NCBI GenBank assembly: GCA_964507625.1
Contig: CAZDPR010000001.1
Location: 5,012 to 69,011 of the forward strand
Length of the DNA stretch: 64,000 nucleotides
Reading direction: 5' to 3'
Source of the DNA: an uncultured Candidatus Saccharibacteria bacterium
GTDB lineage: Bacteria; Patescibacteriota; Minisyncoccia; Phycocordibacterales; UBA1006
The translations under genes and the position numbers were made by a program. A model generated the notes under the pieces. It saw only the letters and a program-made list of their open reading frames with translations, was not told the origin of the DNA and made no database searches. Below are positions 57,321 to 64,000 of this stretch, piece after piece. Within the stretch, counting starts at the first letter, position 1. Each line of letters starts with the position of its first letter.

Positions 57321-59525
57321 ATGAATCAAATTTTTTTTAGAAACCAGCAAAGTATTTTAAAAGAAAAACCAGGTGATAAAAAAATTGAAAGTTTTGAAGA
57401 CCTTTCAAAGAATTTTGATTTCTATAACCTAGATCAAAAGGGATATAGTAATTTTGTAAAAGATTTCTCAAATGAATTTCTTGAAAGAGAATTTAAATTG
57501 GGGAGAATAATAAAAGACCCTACAGGAAGGCTTGTTGTAAATACTCAGACAGAGGATTTTATTAAAAGTGCTATTGATAGAATTAGTAAATTTAAAACAA
57601 GAAGGCCTGACGATGTTTCATTTTTACTTCTTTTATATAGTGATATTTTTATAAAAACTGAAAATGGACTAGAAAAATTCCTAGATATTCCAAAAACCAA
57701 AGATCATTTATTGACTGGATCAGAAGGTTTTCATGATTTTCTCTCCTTAAAAGGTGTTTCTCCAAAAGTGGAAATAGTTTTACCAGATGGAACAAAAACA
57801 AATCCTTTAGAAATCTCTTTTTTGAGAGCATGTAGGAAATATAACATTTCTAGACAAAAGGGTGATAAGCTTTTTTATACTAATCCAGAAACAGGAAAAA
57901 GAGAAAGATTTTTCATAAAAAGAATTGAAGATGGTTCTATAAAAATGAAATATTTTAAAGAAATGTTTAATATAGAAAAAATAAAAGAAATCCTACATAA
58001 TTGCTTCGAGGAAGAGATAATTAAAACTACAGATTTTCGACTAGACAATAGAGATAATTTTGGCTTAGATGAAAAAAGTTTTGAAAATAAAAAAGTTTTT
58101 TTTGGTCCCAAGTATGCAAGTTTTACCACTATTCCTGGCTATTCAATACGTTATTATTTAGGTAGAAATAAAATACCAGGTATTAATATTGACTGGAAGC
58201 CAACAATAAAATTATCTAGACTAGACAAAAACACCGCTGCGTTTATAGACTCAAGTTATGGTGTTAATAAAATTATTGCAACACTTGACTTATTCCAAGA
58301 TAAATATGCTATAGAGAAAATGTTTCTGACCGCAAAAGAGTTAGGAGTTAAAGATCCTGATGCAAATTTAGTACTCAATAATGATTATACAGAAAAGAAC
58401 ATACAATCTTTTGATATTAAAAATATTTTACCTCAATTTGTAAAGGAAAACCCACTAGATCACCTAGATTTCTTAAGTCAGGTTACTGATGTAAAAAATG
58501 TTATAAATATGACTAGAAGTGTATTAGAAAAATTAAACATTTCTGTTCTTGAAATACCATTCAAACAACAGGTATTACTGTTCGGCTCTCTTAGTCAAAT
58601 AGGAAAGGAGGATGAGGTTATAAATTTAGTTAAAAAATTTAAAATTAATGGATTAAAAACTTTCCTTTCTCTTGAACATGGTGGACAAGAAATGGGTGAT
58701 AAAATTCTTGAGCTAGGTAAGATACTCGAACAACACGATGCAGAGCGTGTATTTACTGGATACGCACAAATTATTGATCAAGCAGATTCGTTAAAAAATC
58801 GTCTAGAAAATTCATTACAAGATCGGGATATAGTCTCACTTGAACTAAAGAAGAAAATCCCCCACCAGATATATGATGCGTTGTTACTTCGTGCAAAAGA
58901 TATTTTAATAGGCGCTCATATGGTTGCAACAGGAACGATTGAAGGAAAACTCGATATTGATGAAGTGTGTAATGCACTTGCAGGTATTACTAAAATGCTT
59001 CATATTATTAATCATTTACATACCCAGGATTACTATCAGTTTACTAAAACACTTGAGACACCCCAAAATCATAAATATCATATTATTGATTCTGTAACAC
59101 AACATGAATACATCTTAAAAATTTTCTTGCGACCATATGCAGAAAAAAACGCTCAAGCCCGTGCCAATTTTGAATTATCTTTTGACACAAAAAATCCAGA
59201 TCCAATATTACAAAAAACATTTTATAATGAAATTATTTCACATACCCAGAATAAAAAGATATCAGGTTCAGTATTACGTATTGGTATTGATCGAGAGGAT
59301 TATGATGGAGTTGGTCGTGTATCACTCGATATAGGAAGGTCAGAACGCAGTGATACAGAACTTACTCGTACTGGAGATATACTTGGAAACTTACTTTCAT
59401 ATGCATCTATCGATGGCCACCATACCACAGAACCATTCAGTTCAGAATTTGGTGATCCAGAAACATTCGCACAACTTGTAAACCTACTAGGAACGTCATT
59501 AATAAAACAAAAACAGCCTAATTAG
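57321..59525 (+). CDS. Hypothetical protein, probably mosaic, with a CPR-typical KTFLSLEHGGQEMGDKIL helical domain
   Basis: 734 aa ORF; codon usage changes near 58660. Confidence 0.7.
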   Translation: MNQIFFRNQQSILKEKPGDKKIESFEDLSKNFDFYNLDQKGYSNFVKDFSNEFLEREFKLGRIIKDPTGRLVVNTQTEDFIKSAIDRISKFKTRRPDDVSFLLLLYSDIFIKTENGLEKFLDIPKTKDHLLTGSEGFHDFLSLKGVSPKVEIVLPDGTKTNPLEISFLRACRKYNISRQKGDKLFYTNPETGKRERFFIKRIEDGSIKMKYFKEMFNIEKIKEILHNCFEEEIIKTTDFRLDNRDNFGLDEKSFENKKVFFGPKYASFTTIPGYSIRYYLGRNKIPGINIDWKPTIKLSRLDKNTAAFIDSSYGVNKIIATLDLFQDKYAIEKMFLTAKELGVKDPDANLVLNNDYTEKNIQSFDIKNILPQFVKENPLDHLDFLSQVTDVKNVINMTRSVLEKLNISVLEIPFKQQVLLFGSLSQIGKEDEVINLVKKFKINGLKTFLSLEHGGQEMGDKILELGKILEQHDAERVFTGYAQIIDQADSLKNRLENSLQDRDIVSLELKKKIPHQIYDALLLRAKDILIGAHMVATGTIEGKLDIDEVCNALAGITKMLHIINHLHTQDYYQFTKTLETPQNHKYHIIDSVTQHEYILKIFLRPYAEKNAQARANFELSFDTKNPDPILQKTFYNEIISHTQNKKISGSVLRIGIDREDYDGVGRVSLDIGRSERSDTELTRTGDILGNLLSYASIDGHHTTEPFSSEFGDPETFAQLVNLLGTSLIKQKQPN

Positions 59526-60315
59526 GCTGTTTTTGTTCGTGGAGTGGATGTTTTTCTTTTGCAGTATTCCAAATAAAATTGAATATAATGAGGAATGTTG
59601 TATACGTAGCATAATCGTCAATAATAGTAGTAATCATTGTTTCTCCAAAAGAAGTAATACCAACTTTTTGTTTACCATAGAGAATAATTTGGGCTGGAAT
59701 ATTAAAAACCTCAATAGGAACAACTTGACGTTCTACAAAGTGTTTTTCATCAAATTCTTTTACCCAATGAAAAGTATCTTCTACTATTGGAGTGATTGCT
59801 TTAGTATGGATATTGTTTGTCACCTGTTTTTGAATTTGTTTTAATATTTTATCATCTACTTCGGGGTGGTTTCGATCAGCTGGTGATTGAATAAGAAAAA
59901 TATCTTTTTTTTCACTGATAATATCAGACCATAATCGTTCAAGCCCCTTGATACCTTCAAAAAATTGAACCCCTGGTTTTTCTTGAAATAAATTAAACTG
60001 AGATAAAAACGTGCCAAGATTCGCAGAAACAGTTTCTTTTGCAAGTTGGATATTTTTTTCTTGACTTTCCAACATGTCGATCAGGCGATCGGGATGAGAA
60101 GGGGAATAGGTGGTTACTGTCCCAGTACCACCTTTTTTCTGTACAAGTCCTAAATGCTCCAATTGTTCAAGTGTTTTATAAACTAACCCCCTTTTAACAC
60201 CTGTCCATTTTGAAAGTTCTCCAGCTTTTTGAGCACCTTTTTCTAATAATGACTGATAAATAAGCGCTTGATCTGCTGAGAGGCCTGATTGAATAAGAAT
60301 GTTTTCTTCTGTCAT
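59518..60315 (-). CDS. TrmB-family transcriptional regulator
   Basis: GLSADQALIYQSLLEKG...GVKRGLVYKTLEQLEHLGLV wHTH; KPGVQFFEGIKG linker; IILYG..V C-terminal domain. Confidence 0.9.
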   Translation of the reverse strand: MTEENILIQSGLSADQALIYQSLLEKGAQKAGELSKWTGVKRGLVYKTLEQLEHLGLVQKKGGTGTVTTYSPSHPDRLIDMLESQEKNIQLAKETVSANLGTFLSQFNLFQEKPGVQFFEGIKGLERLWSDIISEKKDIFLIQSPADRNHPEVDDKILKQIQKQVTNNIHTKAITPIVEDTFHWVKEFDEKHFVERQVVPIEVFNIPAQIILYGKQKVGITSFGETMITTIIDDYATYTTFLIIFNFIWNTAKEKHPLHEQKQPN

Positions 60316-60337
60316 ACCTCGATAGTATATACTATTT

Positions 60338-60365
60338 TGTTTTGTCATGCAAATATGACAAAACA
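60338..60365. promoter_or_regulatory. Inverted-repeat operator candidate upstream of the TrmB-family gene
   Basis: TGTTTTGTCAT-gcaaat-ATGACAAAACA, perfect 11-bp arms. Confidence 0.65.
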
Positions 60366-60430
60366 TTTAATTAAAAAAGCTATATTTTATAATGTTTATT
60401 TTAAAAAATATAATTTTTATTCACAAGTCA

Positions 60431-60459
60431 TTGACAAAACAATATGATTATGCTATACT
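60431..60459 (+). promoter_or_regulatory. Strong sigma70 promoter
   Basis: TTGACA (60431-60436), 17 bp, TATACT (60454-60459) with an extended -10 TG. Confidence 0.85.
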
Positions 60460-60464
60460 GTGGG

Positions 60465-61705
60465 TAAGAAAATGAGATATGAAATTAATCACATCTCAGA
60501 TTCAGTTCTTTCCATACAGATTATCTATTCAATTAAGAACGTACTACCGAATGGTCAGGGGAGCCAAAAATCGCCATAACGAAGAAGTAGAGACGAGGAG
60601 AGCTTAACCGAGTAGATAATGGTTCATAGAATGATCGGAGTAGGAAAACAATGACTTGAACCTCATCTGTTCCCTATATTCCACTAAGTGCTTAGCGGCC
60701 GACGGATTGCATCATTCACACAGTCTTATAACGAGATCTGCTGGGATAATACGACTAACCCCCGTATTACCTAGAAATCTCTTTAGAAGAAAATTATTTA
60801 AGAGGAGAGATCTTACATAATTCTAAAGAGGAGAGAAATCTTCTTTGTAAATTGAATAGACACTGACCACAAAACCTGATGAGGTGTGTAACGCACGGTA
60901 GGGGGTTGTGGGTGCAGATAACATATAAGTTTTAAAGACAATCTACTCACAAAGTAATAAACAGTGGAGGATGATTGTCTACCTTATTGAGCCGGCAGGG
61001 TTACCCGCGCCAGATCCGCGTCTCCATTGGAGACCTGGGATCATTTCCGGGTAGTCGGCTCATTGGGTTTGCACCCTCCTGAACTAGGGACCACCAGTTT
61101 AAGGATGGGGAGGGGCAGTGGCTGAGTTCACTATAACCCGTCCCGCTCCAAAGATGACTCAGTCACGACTCTGTTAGATCGGAGAACTGAGTTGAGATGT
61201 TAGTGAGGGTGCAAAAAAAATATAAGGGGAGAAAAACCGAGCAATCGGCCTCCCCTCTTTTATCCAGCAGAGGAGAGAATCGTCTGTTGGTAGAAGTTGT
61301 GAAATTGTTTCCAGAACTTTCTGTTCAATAGTATTGAATGGTTGGTTATGGAAATAATGTCAAATATGGTCAGCCTTCCGGGGCTGACCGTCGTGGGTAA
61401 GATAGATTTGCCCACGAAAACTGCGGGCAAAAAAGCCCGCAAAAAATATTTCAAACCTTTCACCGGTGGGTCGACCATCGGGGAAAGGTTGAAAGCCGCA
61501 GGTGTTACTTTAAAGTAACACCTGCGGTGGTCACCGAATGACCTCAAAAATGTCGGCGTGATAGAGTGATCCTTACGAGAAATGGATTGCAGGTTCATTA
61601 GACCAAAGCGTGTTTGCAAAGTAATGCCTTGGCATGAAATGCAGAGATCTTTGGCAAGCAAACAGAGCCTGTAAGCTCTGGCGGTACCTAAAATAAAACC
61701 GCGCT
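60465..61705 (+). ncRNA. Candidate large, highly structured non-coding RNA (family unknown)
   Basis: No + strand ORF of 60 aa or more for about 1.25 kb after the promoter; raised GC; nested and long-range helices (60524-34/60850-60, 61068-78/61205-15, 61496-61527). Confidence 0.6.
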
Positions 61706-61730
61706 TTTCTTTTTTTAAATCATATAATAT

Positions 61731-62165
61731 ATGATTATAAAAAAAGAAGTCAATTCCCTTCAAATCCTCGAAATTTTCGACGGATTTGGAGGGGTGTTCC
61801 TTGGAGCACTGAGTCTGTTCTTGAAACAGCAGTGGGATATCTCCCTCTGCATTGAAAGAGCAGATTCACTTGCCGAAGGGCTCCACGAGGAGATTGATGG
61901 TTTTGAAACAGTAAACCTAAATTATTCCTGGGAGTCACAAGGTGACGATGAACTTGTAATCCACTACTTTTCACGTAGTGGAAATGAATACAAGTTCATC
62001 CTAAACAAGGGATTTGCTTTGTGGGATCGTAAAAAATCCCACAGAGTAGAATTTTTCAATGGAACCTCGTTAGAGAGTTTCATTGAAAAGGTGTGTGCCT
62101 CAGAAGGTACACACCCGAATCCTTTGTTTAGAAGGAACACGACCACCACAGACACCGAAATATAG
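61731..62165 (+). CDS. Orphan hypothetical protein (144 aa) in the structured-RNA locus
   Basis: ORF with globular-looking composition; start codon lies in an AT-rich hairpin. Confidence 0.6.
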   Translation: MIIKKEVNSLQILEIFDGFGGVFLGALSLFLKQQWDISLCIERADSLAEGLHEEIDGFETVNLNYSWESQGDDELVIHYFSRSGNEYKFILNKGFALWDRKKSHRVEFFNGTSLESFIEKVCASEGTHPNPLFRRNTTTTDTEI

Positions 62166-62759
62166 TAGGTGTCAGTGGTCCTCGGAGTTAGGAAGTTTTT
62201 TCCTTCGAGGTAAAACCGGACAATGTGTCTGGCGTAGTGAACCAATAAGCTACGAACAGGTGAATGATTGTGAAAGGTTTCCAAGGGAATCAATCAAAAC
62301 TTAGCCACCAAAAAGAACGGCGTTTGATAGTGAGTACGCTTCGTGCCAGCAATGGAATAACACGAGAAAACTGTCTGATAGTGTCACCTACTACGTGGTG
62401 AGCCTAGCGGAAGCAGATCCGACATGACGAGAAGTCACAGTTATCCCAAGCAGGCGTGGTTGCCTGCTTGGGCAAGAGGGTTATGGCAAAGTAATTTGCC
62501 ACTCTTATTCCATTATCAAGTTTGTAATTTGATAGTGGATTAGAGGTAAATTGGTAAGAGTATCAAGAATGCATGGTTCACCATGTTTTTTTATTACTCT
62601 TACCAAGGAACGCACGTTGTGCAAGTACCTTCCGAAAAACTGATTCTCGTGAAAGCCATGCCAGGCAGGAAGACGAGTGAGGTAAACAGTTCACGCCGAG
62701 TATGTTCTCGGAAAAATTCTGGATGAAATGAAATCCCTGGCCAGACAGGGTAAGAAAAT
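62166..62759 (+). ncRNA. Second hairpin-dense non-coding spacer
   Basis: CCCAAGCAGGC/GCCTGCTTGGG (62445-62472), TTGGTAAGAGTA/TACTCTTACCAA (62551-62606) and further stems. Confidence 0.45.
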
Positions 62760-63314
62760 ATGGCTAAAACTTTGAGTTTGGCAGAATTTTCTCAAATCGC
62801 AAAAGCAGCGCAAGCGCGCGTTGCTGAGCGTGGTCCAGCCTACTATGGCTGGGTGAATGCGCCTGAAAGAACAGGTCGCATTTTCACCCAAACCCAAGGC
62901 TGGGGTCAATCAGCCAAAAAAGTAAAAGCCTCCCCAGTGGAGGCTTTAGAAATTTATAAGAAAAAATTGGATGGAGCGTACGGCGAACGGTTTGTAATGA
63001 GCCTGGGACTTATCGCCTCACTCATTGCGAACGGATATTCTGTTCGTTTTGTGCAATTCCAAAAGGAGGCAGGCGTGCCGTTTAACGCCTCCGGCTGGAC
63101 AGTCATCGTCGTGGAGACGATGCCAATTTTTCACATCGCTCCGGAGGATCTCCGGTTGAGCGATGTTCAGGATCTCGTAGAGATTCTGACTGATAACCAA
63201 GCTCCAGATGTGGCTTGGAAAAAAACCAATAAAGTCGGCGAATTCGCCGCCTTACTGGCTGGCTCAATCGAGCCCGGGCTGGACTTGGTAAAAATTGCTC
63301 AGGAGAATTCTTAA
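62760..63314 (+). CDS. Orphan hypothetical protein (184 aa) with GC-richer codon usage than the host
   Basis: Clean ORF with protein-like composition; YGERF...GWTVIVVETMPIFHI. Confidence 0.7.
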   Translation: MAKTLSLAEFSQIAKAAQARVAERGPAYYGWVNAPERTGRIFTQTQGWGQSAKKVKASPVEALEIYKKKLDGAYGERFVMSLGLIASLIANGYSVRFVQFQKEAGVPFNASGWTVIVVETMPIFHIAPEDLRLSDVQDLVEILTDNQAPDVAWKKTNKVGEFAALLAGSIEPGLDLVKIAQENS

Positions 63315-63461
63315 TCTCTTGAGCTATGTCCTACGCGAGACCGTAGGAAGAGCACATGCCTGACGTGCGAATTCTGGTTAATCAGGTAATGAGAGTTTGG
63401 TTGTAACTCTTGAAAAAACAATCGACAGGGTTAAAGGGTTAACATGGAGAGCAATCTCCAA

Positions 63462-63531
63462 CTGTCTCCGTCTCATAGGCGGACTGATGAGTCTTGTTCT
63501 GAATAATACTGAAGAACGAAAGACGAAACAG
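63462..63531 (+). ncRNA. Type III hammerhead self-cleaving ribozyme
   Basis: CUGUC^ then stem I UCCGUCU/AGGCGGA, core CUGAUGA, stem II GUCUU-GUUCU/AGAAC-AAGAC, GAAA, stem III ACAG/CUGU; predicted cleavage after C63466. Confidence 0.88.
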
Positions 63532-63578
63532 GAATGGTTCCAAACATGTTTGAGTGGGTATTTTTTATCTATTCAAAT

Positions 63579-63797
63579 ATGTTTGGAACCTGTAAGGTTC
63601 CCGGTTGCTGTAAACCAGCAATCGGGAGCTACTGGGGTGGTTCTCCTGGCGTATGTCAGGAGCACTTTGATGCCCCAAAAAAGGCCGAACGTGAAAAAAA
63701 AGAAAGAGTCTATAACGAGGCTCTTTCTGCAATCATGCGTAAGTATGATTGCTCACGTGAGGCTGCTGAAATAATACTTCGTAAAGGGGTATTATAA
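63579..63797 (+). CDS. Small Cys/His-rich (putative zinc-binding) protein downstream of the hammerhead
   Basis: MFGTCKVPGCCKPAIG...GVCQEH followed by a helical tail; start uncertain (63534, 63546 or 63579). Confidence 0.55.
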   Translation: MFGTCKVPGCCKPAIGSYWGGSPGVCQEHFDAPKKAEREKKERVYNEALSAIMRKYDCSREAAEIILRKGVL

Positions 63798-64000
63798 TTT
63801 CAGCTCCCCCTGTCTCGATGGCACAACAGGGGATTCCAAGAAGGCAAAGCCTTCATCGAGAATAAACTTCTTGGACATAGAAACTGATTCAACTATGTAA
63901 AAAAGATCAGAAAGCAGATTCGTGAACACTGCTTGGAATAAAGTTCACCCCAACGACTGCGGGTAAAAGTCACAAAGGTTCCACCCATCACGCGTGGTTG

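Noticed and set aside
60866-60912. CTGATGAG at ~60876 as a second hammerhead
   Set aside because: The stem after it (GTGTG/CGCAC) is followed by GGTAG, not GAAA, and no compatible stem III or NUH site was found; it reads better as a plain hairpin
60988-61062. GAGCCG... as group II intron domain V
   Set aside because: The enclosed region is too long and branched for the ~34-nt domain V, and there is no domain VI or maturase ORF
60465-61705. tmRNA, RNase P RNA or rRNA as the identity of the structured region
   Set aside because: No GAGGAAAGTCC RNase P motif, no tRNA-like tmRNA ends and no universal rRNA signatures were seen by eye
61260-61763. 167-aa minus-strand ORF
   Set aside because: Antisense to the promoter and crossing perfect palindromes, with un-protein-like composition; probably a shadow ORF
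63397-63774. 125-aa + strand ORF spanning the ribozyme
   Set aside because: TTG start, overlaps the hammerhead and the more plausible Cys-rich ORF in another frame
1-64000. Alternative genetic code (TGA=Gly, code 25)
   Set aside because: Long conserved genes translate intact under code 11, and TGA terminates comM at the expected position

Overview
AT-rich chromosomal window from a Patescibacteria/CPR bacterium (Parcubacteria-like; standard code, few Shine-Dalgarno sites, many apparently leaderless genes). It spans the replication origin region (dnaN-oriC-dnaA-rpmH-rnpA-yidD-yidC), housekeeping genes (polA, ruvA, ruvC, tyrS, PBP1A, rsmA, rpsT, rpsO, pyrG, xth, cca, pcrA, xer recombinase, comM), four tRNAs and the CPR T4SS-like cluster (VirB4, PrgI, VirB6-like, pilin-SLT). 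The most unusual part is the last 3.6 kb (60431-64000). A near-consensus sigma70 promoter, divergent from a TrmB-family regulator whose putative operator half-site overlaps its -35, precedes about 1.25 kb of densely base-paired ORF-free sequence. Short orphan ORFs separated by more hairpin-rich spacers follow, with a complete type III hammerhead ribozyme (63462-63531). Also notable: two tandem, diverged SLOG + SAM-methyltransferase + divergent wHTH regulator modules bounded by an identical 37-bp repeat; 12 parS-like sites, mostly inside cca/pspC coding sequence, beside a second DnaA-box cluster; tRNA-Arg(GCG) together with tRNA-Arg(TCG); a G9 tract that frameshifts a small gene; and a probable recombinase remnant at tRNA-Arg. 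All calls are by-eye motif recognition; no searches or folding programs were run.
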